Shown here piece after piece: positions 27,262-37,100 of a DNA stretch of 39,522 bases. How positions within the stretch are numbered: position 1 is the stretch's first letter; each line of letters opens with the position of its first letter. Position numbers and translations under genes: made by a program. Under the pieces are notes generated by a model that ran no database searches, was not told the DNA's origin, and saw nothing but the letters and a program-made list of their open reading frames with translations. Source of the stretch: Chthoniobacteraceae bacterium. Its GTDB lineage: Bacteria; Verrucomicrobiota; Verrucomicrobiia; Chthoniobacterales; Chthoniobacteraceae. Location: contig JANNXQ010000154.1 in assembly GCA_031409655.1 (NCBI GenBank), positions 1 through 39,522 of the forward strand, given 5' to 3'.

Positions 27262-28188
27262 CTACTGACGCCGCGTGAGGGCGGCGAGTCTTTCGGCAGC
27301 GGAGAAGCCGGCGGTGCCGTGGACCCAGCGATAGCTGCGCGGCGCGGCTGGGCCTTCGAGGTGGATGAGCTTCCGGGCGCGGCGGTCGCGGTGGTAAGCG
27401 GAGGCCCGGGCGAGATCAGTCCTGGCCAGCGTCCGGGCCATTTCAAAACACGCGCGACCCGCGATCTGCCGATGCGCCTCGGTCCAGCGCCCGCTCTCGG
27501 TGAGCCAGGTGCGCAGCTCATCGATCAAAGCCGTGCGTACATCAATCACGAGTCGCGGATCTTTGCGGCAGACGGTCTCCTGCGACCAGATGCGATAGAC
27601 CGCATGCGGCGTCGGCGCGAAGCCGAAGCGCAACCCCGCCTTGAGCGCGCGGAGATAGAGTTCGTGCTCCTGACAGCACGGCTGCACCTCTTTCCAGCCC
27701 CCGAGGATGAGCAGCGCGGACGTCCGCCACAACGCGCCGCCAGTCTGCGGCATCTGCCACGAGAGCCATTGCGCGGCGAGGTCCAGCGTCGGGTCGATCT
27801 CGTGAATGCGGCGCTCGCCATTTTCCTCGATCCACGTGGGGCTGTAGATCACGTCGGCTTCCGCACCACCGCTGGCTTCCGCGAGCTGTTGCTCGATCTT
27901 CGCCGGCTCGAGGAAATCATCGGCATCGAGAAATTGCACCCACTCTCCGCGCGCGGCGCGCAGCGCCACATTGCGCGCGTGATTGCCGCCGCGATGTTCA
28001 CTTTGCAAAAGCAGGACGCGATCGCCAAAGGCCCGCACCGCTGCCACCGAGCCATCTTCCGAGCCGTCGTCCACCACGATGACCTGCGCATCCGGCCACG
28101 TCTGATCGAGCGCGCTCTGGATCGCCGTGGCGACCGAGCGCGCCGCATTGAAACTAGGGATGGCGATGGTGACAGCCGGCTTCTTCAT
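27262..28188 (-). CDS. Glycosyltransferase family 2
   Basis: VTIAIPSFNA, VVDDGSEDGS, GGNHARN, QFLDADD; ATGA overlap with the asnB stop. Confidence 0.93.
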   Translation of the reverse strand: MKKPAVTIAIPSFNAARSVATAIQSALDQTWPDAQVIVVDDGSEDGSVAAVRAFGDRVLLLQSEHRGGNHARNVALRAARGEWVQFLDADDFLEPAKIEQQLAEASGGAEADVIYSPTWIEENGERRIHEIDPTLDLAAQWLSWQMPQTGGALWRTSALLILGGWKEVQPCCQEHELYLRALKAGLRFGFAPTPHAVYRIWSQETVCRKDPRLVIDVRTALIDELRTWLTESGRWTEAHRQIAGRACFEMARTLARTDLARASAYHRDRRARKLIHLEGPAAPRSYRWVHGTAGFSAAERLAALTRRQ

Positions 28189-30080
28189 CGTGCGAGCACC
28201 CGGCCCGTGGGCGCGGTCGCCACGGTGCGGTGCCACGCTTCGTAGAGCCACAGGGAGTAGAAGACAAGCGCGCCATCCCAGCGGCGCGCCTGGAAGTCGT
28301 CCCACGCGCGGCGGAGCGTGGCGCGATCCAGGACGCCGAGGCAGGCGGAGCGCGTGGAGAAAATTTCGGCTTCGACCTGCTCCCGCAATTCGCCGCGCAG
28401 CCAGCGGGAGAGCGGCAGGGCGAAGCCGCGCTTCGGACGATTTGGCGGCTCGCCGACTTTCCGCGCGAGACAGGCGCGGAGCACGACTTTCCCCGTCTCC
28501 GAGCCGAGCTTCAGGGCGGAGTCGAGCCGCGCGGCGACGCTCGCGAGCGGCACGTCGATGAAGGGCGTACGCAGTTCGATGGATGCGGCCATGCTCATCT
28601 TGTCGGCCTTTTGCAGGAGCGACTCGGCGAGCAGCCAGTCCACATCAAAGGCGAGGAGCGTGCTCAGGAGATCGCGCTGCGGGCGGACCATGGCGCCGCC
28701 GATTTCCACCTCGCGCCGACGCACGCGCTCGAGTTGCCCGGCAGTGCTGCCGCGTGGGCTCCGCTGATCGCCAGGCAGACCTTGGGTGCGCAATTGCACG
28801 ATCTCCGCCTCCAGCGAACCACCCGCCCGACGCCGCAGCCGACCGAAGCGGGTGGGCGGAAAAGCTTCCTGCGAACGCGGCAGCCAGCCAAGCACGCGGC
28901 GAATCGATTCGGAGCGTTCGAGGGTGTGGATTTGCGACCGATACTTTACGTCGTAGCCCGCGAAAAGTTCGTCCGCGCCTTCCCCCGAGAGCAGCACCTT
29001 CACCTGCTCGCGGGCAAATCTGCAGACCTCCCAAACGGCGAAAGCCGCGGGATCACCGATCGGTTCATCGAGATGCCAGGCCACCTGCTCGAGGGCCTCG
29101 CCGATGCCGGTACCGGTGATCTTCAACTCGTAGTGATCCGAGCCGAGTTCCTCCGCCGTCTGCCGCGCGCCCTCGAGTTCCGAGCCCTCCTGATCGTAGC
29201 CGACGCTGAAAGTCGAGACTCCCTGCGGCCGCAGCGAGCGCGCATACGCGACCACGGCGCGGCTATCGAGTCCGCTGCTCAGCAGGACTCCGACGGACAC
29301 ATCGGCGCGAAAATGCATGCGCACGGATTCCTCGAGCGCCGCGTCGATCGCTTCCACGCCATCGTCGAGATCACTAATGTCGGGCTCTTCCTGCAACTCG
29401 AAGCGCCAGTAGCGCACCGGCTCCGTCGCCCTGCCGGAATCCAGCGGGACGCTGAGCTGGCAGCCCGCGGCGAGTTTGCGGATGTGGCGGAAGTGCGTAC
29501 GCGGCGGCGGCAGGGAGAGCCACGTCGCGTAGTCGAGCAGCGCCTCGGGGTCTGTCTCGCGCGGCACAAAAGGCAGCGCGAGCAGGCTCTTCAATTCCGA
29601 CGCAAAGGCGAAACCGCGATCACCGGCGAAATAGTAGAGCGGCTTTTGCCCGAAATGATCGCGCGCCAAAAAGAGCCGCCGCCGGCGCCGATCGAGGATC
29701 GCAAAGGCAAACATCCCGCGCAGCCGCGAGAGCATCGCCTCGCCGAGATCTTCGTAGAGATGCACGAGCACCTCCGTGTCGCTCGCGGTGCGAAAAGTGT
29801 GACCCCGCGCGGCGAGAGCGGAGCGCAGTTCGAGGTAGTTGTAGATCTCGCCATTGAAAACGACACCGACACTTTCGTCCTCGTTCCAGATCGGCTGCGC
29901 TCCGCCTTCCAGGTCGATGATCGAAAGCCGCCGCATCCCGAGGGCCACGCCACCCGGCGCCACGTGCGTGCCCGAGCCGTCCGGTCCGCGATGCTCGATG
30001 AGGTCGAGCATCTGACCGAGCAGCGCGCGCGCCTCATCAGGAGACGAGGAAGGATGGATGAAACCGGCAATGCCACACAT
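28185..30080 (-). CDS. asnB: Asparagine synthase (glutamine-hydrolysing)-family amidotransferase, probably glycan-modifying
   Basis: MCGIAG (Ntn Cys), HRGPD, RRLSIID, FNGEIYNY, ARDHFGQKPLYY, LSSGLDS, LSGEGADELFAGY, DKMSMAASIELRTPF. Confidence 0.93.
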   Translation of the reverse strand: MCGIAGFIHPSSSPDEARALLGQMLDLIEHRGPDGSGTHVAPGGVALGMRRLSIIDLEGGAQPIWNEDESVGVVFNGEIYNYLELRSALAARGHTFRTASDTEVLVHLYEDLGEAMLSRLRGMFAFAILDRRRRRLFLARDHFGQKPLYYFAGDRGFAFASELKSLLALPFVPRETDPEALLDYATWLSLPPPRTHFRHIRKLAAGCQLSVPLDSGRATEPVRYWRFELQEEPDISDLDDGVEAIDAALEESVRMHFRADVSVGVLLSSGLDSRAVVAYARSLRPQGVSTFSVGYDQEGSELEGARQTAEELGSDHYELKITGTGIGEALEQVAWHLDEPIGDPAAFAVWEVCRFAREQVKVLLSGEGADELFAGYDVKYRSQIHTLERSESIRRVLGWLPRSQEAFPPTRFGRLRRRAGGSLEAEIVQLRTQGLPGDQRSPRGSTAGQLERVRRREVEIGGAMVRPQRDLLSTLLAFDVDWLLAESLLQKADKMSMAASIELRTPFIDVPLASVAARLDSALKLGSETGKVVLRACLARKVGEPPNRPKRGFALPLSRWLRGELREQVEAEIFSTRSACLGVLDRATLRRAWDDFQARRWDGALVFYSLWLYEAWHRTVATAPTGRVLAR

Positions 30081-30233
30081 GGATGGGCGTCGAGACGCTT
30101 GGGCGGGAGGGGAGCGAGCCCTATGCCAGCGGCGAACCTGTGGCCACGTCCTCCAGCGGCCAGTGACCGATCACAGATCGGAGCCATTGCAAAACGACGC
30201 GGCTTGAGCGAGGCCAAGAGCTTCGCTTTCGCC

Positions 30234-31025
30234 GTGATCCGCACTCTTCTTCTCAGCCTTCTGGTCGGCACCATTTTCTCCCCCAGGCCCAGCGTCGCCG
30301 CGGACGGATCGTCTCCACCGCTGGCCGTGGCTGACCTCGCCCGACACCCCGACCTGACGAGCACCTGGGAAGCCGACGGACGCACTTTCATCAAACTGAC
30401 GATCCACAATGCCTCGCCCGCCGAAGCGTCGATCGCCGTGCCCGCCGGGCTGATCTGCGCACTCGGCACCTCCGGCGACCGGATGCTCGCGCTGCGCACC
30501 GTCACCATAAAAATCGCGCCGAACGGCACGGCAGAAGCCACCATCCCAGCCGTGGCTCTCTCGACGACCGTCGCCCTCGGCAACCGCGCCTGTCGCCCGA
30601 CCCCCGACCGCGAGCCGAGGGTCGCCCCATTCCTCACCTGGCTCGCCACCCAACCCGACCTGCCCCGGACGACTGCTCAGCTCATCGTCTTCAGCCTGCT
30701 CGCCGACATCACCTTCCCGCAGTGGCAGACCTTCCTCACCACACCGCCGGACGTCGTCACTGCGATCGACGCCCTCGGCATCCTGCGCATCCTCGATCCC
30801 GCCCGGACCCCGGCGCTGGCCACCGATTCCGGACTAAAAGTGCGCGCCCTGCGCGACCCCGTCTGCCGCGCCAAGGCCGGGCTCCTTTACGGCCTCGCCC
30901 TCCCCGCCGAGATCCCGAGCGGCCCCATTCCAGACATCGGCGCGCTCCTCCACCGCACGCCTGGAGACAACTGCCCGATCTGCCGCGAACGCGCGAAGAT
31001 GCAGCGGGGCGCAAGCGACCTGTAG
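30234..31025 (+). CDS. Secreted hypothetical protein with C-terminal CxxC
   Basis: GTG start with signal-like VIRTLLLSLLVGTIFSPRPSVAA; natural composition; ends HRTPGDNCPICRER; it is the 3' part of the 931-aa ORF call. Confidence 0.7.
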   Translation: MIRTLLLSLLVGTIFSPRPSVAADGSSPPLAVADLARHPDLTSTWEADGRTFIKLTIHNASPAEASIAVPAGLICALGTSGDRMLALRTVTIKIAPNGTAEATIPAVALSTTVALGNRACRPTPDREPRVAPFLTWLATQPDLPRTTAQLIVFSLLADITFPQWQTFLTTPPDVVTAIDALGILRILDPARTPALATDSGLKVRALRDPVCRAKAGLLYGLALPAEIPSGPIPDIGALLHRTPGDNCPICRERAKMQRGASDL

Positions 31026-31093
31026 CGCCACCAGCCCGGAAGCTGGCTCAGGAAGTGTTTCCACGGCAGGTGCGGGCGTTCTAGGTTTGGCGC

Positions 31094-32617
31094 ATGAAAT
31101 ATCCCCCGCTCCTCGCTCTCGGACTGTGTTGTCTTTTTTCCGTCTCGCTGGTGGCCGCGGAGAAGCCAGGGAAGGTCGCCGAACAGGGATGGCCGACGGT
31201 GGCGGAGGTGGTGGGGGCGATGAAGTCGGCGACGGCAGCGATGCGGCGGGAGGTGTCTTTTGCGGGTGGCTATGCGTGGAAGTGGCCGACGGATCTGAGC
31301 ACGGCGCATGGGGAAAATCGGTCGGCGCCCTCGCTGATCATGATCCAGCCGCCGGGGACGCCGGCCATGGGGATGGCGTATCTCAAGGCGTATGCGGCGA
31401 GTGGGGAGCGCACCTTCCTGGCGGGGGCGAAGGAGGCGGCGCAGGCGCTGATCTGGTGCCAGCTAGCGACGGGTGGCTGGGATAGTGACTTTGATTTCGA
31501 TCCGCGGAAGGCGCGGAAATATCACTTTCGCCGCGACCTCGAAGCGGGTGATACGGAGGCGGCGGGGCGGCATGGGGACTCGACACTCGACGATCAGAAG
31601 ACGCAGTCGGCGCTGCTTTTCCTCCTCGAGCTGGCGCACTCGGAGGCGGGGAAAAGCGACGCGGCACTGCGGGCCGCGCTGAAGTATGGGCTCGATGGCC
31701 TGCTCGCGGCGCAGGCGCCGAATGGCGGGTGGCCGCAATCTTACGCCGGACCTGCGGACGCGACCGCTCCGGTGACGAAGGCGAAGCTCGCCGCGCCATG
31801 GCCGCGGGTCTGGCCGAACGCGAAGTACACGGGATTTTACACACTGAATGATGGGAACATCCTCGCGGTGGTGAAGGTGCTCCTGCGCGCGCATGAGTTG
31901 GAGAAGGATGCGCGCTATCTGGCCGCGGCGAAGAAGGCCGGTGAATTTCTCCTGCTGGCGCGACTGCCGGAGCCCCAGCCAGTGTGGGCGCAGCAGTATG
32001 ATCGGGAGATGGTGCCGGTGTGGGCGCGGAAGTTTGAGCCGCCGGCGGCGAGTTCGGTGGAGAGCGCCGGGGCGCTGCGGACGCTGGTGGAACTCTGGTT
32101 GGCGACGGGCGAGACGAAGTGGCTGGAGCCAGTGCCGCCCGCCCTGAAGTGGTTTGCGAAAACGAAGTTGAAGGACGGCCGCTGGGCCCGCTTTTACGAA
32201 CTGGTCACGGACCAGCCGCTCTACTGCAAGGCCGGCACCTACGAACTGACGAAGGACGACAGCGATCTGCCGACGCACTACGCCTTCAAGACCGAGGATG
32301 ATTTTCAAAAGAATCTCGACCAAATCGCGGCTCAGATCGCCGGAGGGCGCGAGGCCGCACTGCGCGCGCGGGCGCTCCCCGAGACTGAAAAGAAGTGGGC
32401 GAGCGCGGCGAAGGGGGCGTCGGGCAAGGTGCAGGTGGCGCTCCGCGAGCAGGACCAGAAGGGCTGGTGGCTGGAGGACGGGATGATCGATGCCGGGCTT
32501 TTCGTGAAGCACTTTGCCGCGATGACCACCTACGTGACGGCGGCGCAGAAGGCCGGCGCGAGCTTTGAGGAGCTGCGGAAAGCGTCCGCCAGCGAACCGC
32601 CGGTGAAGGCGAAGTGA
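31094..32617 (+). CDS. Pectate lyase-like protein (PL10 / pectic acid lyase-type alpha/alpha toroid)
   Basis: Signal peptide; IQPPGTP, STLDDQKTQ, AQAPNGGWPQ, YTLNDG, WAQQYD...ARKFEPPA, WARFYEL. Confidence 0.8.
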   Translation: MKYPPLLALGLCCLFSVSLVAAEKPGKVAEQGWPTVAEVVGAMKSATAAMRREVSFAGGYAWKWPTDLSTAHGENRSAPSLIMIQPPGTPAMGMAYLKAYAASGERTFLAGAKEAAQALIWCQLATGGWDSDFDFDPRKARKYHFRRDLEAGDTEAAGRHGDSTLDDQKTQSALLFLLELAHSEAGKSDAALRAALKYGLDGLLAAQAPNGGWPQSYAGPADATAPVTKAKLAAPWPRVWPNAKYTGFYTLNDGNILAVVKVLLRAHELEKDARYLAAAKKAGEFLLLARLPEPQPVWAQQYDREMVPVWARKFEPPAASSVESAGALRTLVELWLATGETKWLEPVPPALKWFAKTKLKDGRWARFYELVTDQPLYCKAGTYELTKDDSDLPTHYAFKTEDDFQKNLDQIAAQIAGGREAALRARALPETEKKWASAAKGASGKVQVALREQDQKGWWLEDGMIDAGLFVKHFAAMTTYVTAAQKAGASFEELRKASASEPPVKAK

Positions 32618-32746
32618 GCGTCGGACGGAACTAGTTTTGGGTCGAAAGGGAGCTTGCCGCAAACGTGCATGAAGCGGCGTGGGGACGCGCCGCTTTATTC
32701 CCGCGCCAACCTCGGGAAAAACTTCCGCAGATGCGCCAAACTTCGG

Positions 32747-34186
32747 TTACGCCATGAGGCCCTTGATGACGTCGCCGGCGACGCCCGTGAGGCGCACGTC
32801 GAGGCCTTGGAATTTTGTATTCAGCCGGTGGTGGTCCACCCCCATGAGCGCGAGCATCGTCGCGTGCAGGTCGTGGACATTGACCACGTTTTCCACCGCG
32901 CGGTAGCCAAGTTCGTCCGTCGCGCCGTAGGTCGTGCCGGCCTTCACGCCGCCGCCGGCCAGGAAGACGCTGAAGCCGAGGATGTGATGATCGCGCCCGG
33001 TCCCCTGTCCCATCGGCGTGCGGCCGAACTCACCGCCCCAGAGGATCAGCGTGTCGTCGAGCATACCCCTTTGTTTGAGATCGGTGATGAGTGCGGCGGT
33101 CGCTTTGTCCACGTCCTCGGCGCCCCACTTCATGCCCTCGACGAGCTGACCGTGGTGATCCCACGCGCGATGGTAGAGCTGGATCATGCGCACCCCGCGC
33201 TCGGCGAGCCGGCGGGCGAGCAGGCAGTTGGACGCGAAGCTGCCATCGCCGGGTTGCTTGATGCCGTAGAGATCGAGCATCTCCTGCGGCTCGGTCTTGA
33301 AATCGGTGAGGTCCGGCACGCTCGACTGCATTTTGAACGCGAGCTCGTACTGCGCGATGCGCGTGGCGATCTCGGGATCGACCTGTTCTTCGGCGAGGAA
33401 GCCGTTCATCCGTTTGATCTCCTCGACGACTTGTCGCTGCGTGCTCTGGCACACGCCGTCGGGATTGCCGATGTAGTGGACGGCATCGCCGCGTGACTGA
33501 AACTGGATCCCCTGAAAGCGGCTCGGCAGCACGCCGCTGGACCACTGCCGCGCGGAGATCGGTTGCAATCCAGTGCGCCCTTTCGACGTGAGCACCACGT
33601 AACCCGGCAACTCATCCGTCTCCGCGCCGAGCCCATAGAGCAGCCACGAGCCCATGCTCGGCCGGCCCTTGATGATCGAACCAGTGTTCATGAAGGCGTG
33701 CGCGGTGTCGTGATTGATCTGCTCGGTCTGCATCGACCGGATCACGCAGATGTCATCCGCGATGCCGGCAATGTGCGGAAAGAGATCGCTGACTTCGGTG
33801 CCGGACTGGCCGTGCTTTTTGAATGTGGTGATCGAGCCGCGCGCCTTCAGCTCCTGCCCCTGGAGCTGCGCGATCTGCTGGCCTTTCGTGAACGACTCCG
33901 GGAATGGTTTCCCGTCGAGCGCCTTCAGCTCCGGCTTCCAATCGAAGGTCTCAAACTGCGACGGCCCGCCCGCCATGCACATGAAGATCACGCGCTTCGC
34001 CTTCACCGGGAAATGCGCCTGCCGGAGCGCGCCGCTCCAGCCCTCCGGCTTCGCGAGCGCGGCGGCGGCGGAGAGTTTGTTTTGCAACAGCGCAAAGGCG
34101 ATCCCGCCGAGCCCGTAGGCGCTCTGGCTGAGAAAGGCACGGCGATTGACGCTCAGGGCGTGGGCAGTTGAGTCGAAGGGATTCAT
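32747..34186 (-). CDS. DUF1501 domain protein with twin-arginine signal
   Basis: NRRAFLSQ; AKRVIFMCMAGGPSQFETFDWKP, GRPSMGSW, CLLARRLAERGVR, WDHH, WGGEFGRTP, GRDHH, HDLHATML. Confidence 0.93.
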   Translation of the reverse strand: MNPFDSTAHALSVNRRAFLSQSAYGLGGIAFALLQNKLSAAAALAKPEGWSGALRQAHFPVKAKRVIFMCMAGGPSQFETFDWKPELKALDGKPFPESFTKGQQIAQLQGQELKARGSITTFKKHGQSGTEVSDLFPHIAGIADDICVIRSMQTEQINHDTAHAFMNTGSIIKGRPSMGSWLLYGLGAETDELPGYVVLTSKGRTGLQPISARQWSSGVLPSRFQGIQFQSRGDAVHYIGNPDGVCQSTQRQVVEEIKRMNGFLAEEQVDPEIATRIAQYELAFKMQSSVPDLTDFKTEPQEMLDLYGIKQPGDGSFASNCLLARRLAERGVRMIQLYHRAWDHHGQLVEGMKWGAEDVDKATAALITDLKQRGMLDDTLILWGGEFGRTPMGQGTGRDHHILGFSVFLAGGGVKAGTTYGATDELGYRAVENVVNVHDLHATMLALMGVDHHRLNTKFQGLDVRLTGVAGDVIKGLMA

Positions 34187-34187
34187 G

Positions 34188-37100
34188 TCAGTAGCGAGTG
34201 ATGACTTCGTGGGCGTTGAGAATGACGCGGCTGAGGCTCGTCCAGGCGGCGAGTTCGGTGGGGTCGCCACCGGAGGGCGGGGACTGGCCGATTTTCAGAA
34301 GCTTCGCCGCGTCGTCGGGCGTCACGGCGAATTGCTCGCGCTGTTCGCCGAGAAATTTCTTCAGCGACTCGACTTCCTTCGCCTTCGGTTCGCGGGCGTA
34401 GGCAAATTGGAAGGCGCGCTGGATGCGCTCGTCGTCGGACGCATCCTTCGCCGTGAGCAGGCGAGCGGCGAAGAGGCGCGCGGCTTCGACGAAGGTGGGA
34501 TCGTTGAGCAGCGTGAGCGCTTGCTGGGGCGTGTTGCTGACGACGCGGGCCGCGGCGCATTCGTCGCGCGCGGGGGCGTCAAAGTTCGCCAGCATCGGAT
34601 GCAGGAAAGTGCGCTGCCAATGCATGTACAGGCCGCGCCGCCATTGGTCGGGGCCGGTGCTGTTCGCGTAGTCGCGATCGGGAAACTGCAGCGCGTCGTA
34701 GTAACCCTCGGGCTGATACGGCTTCATGCTCGGGCCGCCGATGTCGCGGGTATTGAGCACGCCGGCGATGAAGAGCGCATTGTCGCGCACAAACTCCGCC
34801 TCGAGCCGCCGCGGATTCTGCGACGCGAGCAGGCGATTCGCGGGATCGAGGTCGCGCAGTTCCGGACGCAGGCTGCTGCTTTGCCGATACGTGGCGCTGG
34901 TCACGAAAAGGCGAACCATGCGTTTGAAATCCCAGCCGCTCTCGCGGAACTCGCTCGCCACCCAGTCGAGCAATTCGGGATGCGACGGCAGCTCGCCCTG
35001 CGAACCGAGATCATCGACCACCGCGCTCAGACCGGTGCCGAAAAATTGCGCCCACAGGCGATTCATGACCGCTCGTGCCGTGATCGGGTTTTCTTTCGAG
35101 ACGATCCACTTTGCGAGATCCAGTCGGGTGAGCCGCTTCCCTTCGGTGCTCTCGACGCGGCCCGGCAGGAAGCTCGGTGAGGATGGCAACACGACCGCGC
35201 CCGTTTCATCCTGCCAGTTTCCCCGCGGCAGCACCCGGATCGTGAGCGGATCGGTCGCCTGCGTGACCATCGTCCACGCGCGGCCATTGTTGAAGGAACG
35301 TGAGGCCGCCGCGAGTTGCTTGCACTTATCGAAGGCCGCGCGATCCACGGCGGTGCTGAGCAGCCAGGTGTCGGCGAGCAGATTCCGCTGCTGCTCGGTG
35401 CGCGCCTCGGCGAGCAGGGCGTCGCGCACGGATTTCGCCGCGACCCGCAGCGGATCGACCGCCGCAAACGGAGTCGTGCGAATCCGCAACGGCAGCGCGC
35501 TGTCCCCCGTGATCGTCACCACGAGCTTTTCTTTCGCCGCGAGTTGCACGGGCGGATCGAGCAGCCAGACGGAACTCGGCGAGTGCTCGGTTTTTGCGCG
35601 CGGCAGTTTCCAATTGCTCAAGACGCCCACCACTTCCCTGCCGTCGGCGTAGCTCGGTTCCTTCGCGTTCGCCTCGGCAAAGGAGATCGCCAGCTTGCGC
35701 TCCTTGCCATCTGCGGCGCGTACACTCGCGGCGACTTTCAGGCCCCGGCGCTGGCTGCCATTTGCCAGCTCCGTTTCATTACGTTTGCCGGCGGCAACCT
35801 CCACCCGCAGCGCCGCCACGCGGCCCACCTCCGAGTGGAGCGTGATGCGCAGGTCTTCCCCTTTTCCCAGCAGCCTTCCAAACTCCACGGCCTGCCCTTT
35901 CCCGATCGCGACGTCGCCATCGGCCACGGGTTTGGCGTCCTTGAAGATCCGCGCACTCACCGAAGGCGTGCTCCAGCCCGTCGGTTCGGCGGCCAGAAAG
36001 TCGCGCGACTCGGCGATCCATTTTTCAAATTGCGCGGTGGCCTTCGCATCCTTGGCCAGCTTTGAGCGCACGGCGCCAAAGTGGGCGTTCAGTTCGCCCT
36101 CGGCCTGCTTTTTCCGCGCCACGAGATACGGACTCTCGACCTCGATCTCGGGTGGAAAAGGATGCTCGTTGCTGAAGCCCGCGAGCTCCGGATTCTTCGT
36201 GTAGCCGTAGTCGGAATAGACGCCCCACTGCTTCACGTCCGCGAAGAAGGATTGCAGCGCATAGAAGTCCGCCGTCTTGATTGGATCGAACTTGTGATCG
36301 TGGCATTCCGCGCAGCCAAAGGTGCTGCCAAACCACGCCGCCGCGACCGAGCGCACGCGCTCCGCACCATACTTCGCGAGATACTCTTTCGGCTGCGCGC
36401 CACCTTCGCGCGTCATCATGTTCAGCCGATTGTAGCCCGTCGCGACGAGTTGCTCCTTCGTCGGATTCGGCAGCAGATCGCCGGCGAGTTGCTCGATTGT
36501 AAATTGGTCGAAGCGCTTGTTCGTGTTGAACGCGCTGATCACGTAATCGCGATACGGAAAGATGCGCTGATTCTGATCGCCGTGGAATCCGACCGTGTCC
36601 GTGAAGCGCGCGACATCCAGCCACCACACCGCCATGCGCTCGCCAAATCGCGGCGAAGCGAGCAGCCGATCCACCTGTTTCTCGTAGGCCTCCGGCGCGC
36701 CATCCGCGGCGAAGGTGGCGCTCTCCTCCGGCGTCGGCGGCAGGCCCGTGAGATCGAGCGAAAGCCGGCGCAGCAGCTTCGCTTTCGCAGCCTCCGGTGA
36801 AGGTGCGATCTTCTTCACCGCAAGCTTCTCGCGGATGAAGGCGTCGATGGGATTCCCGACTTCCGACTTCCCACTTCCGACTTCCGGCACCTCCGTCCGG
36901 ACGAGCGGCGCATACGCCCAGTGCGCCTCATACACGGCACCCTCCGCCACCCAGCGTTTGATCGTCTCCTTCTGCGCCTGAGTCAGCGCCTTGTGCGCCT
37001 TGGGCGGCGGCATCAGTTCATCTTTGTCCGAGGAAAAGATCCGCTCAATGATCGCGCTCTCCTCCGGTTTGCCGGGGACGATCGGGATGACCCCGTCCTC

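Noticed and set aside
28230..30233. 5' two-thirds of the 931-aa plus-strand ORF
   Set aside because: It is the antisense shadow of asnB in GC-rich DNA; only the part from GTG 30234 looks like a real protein
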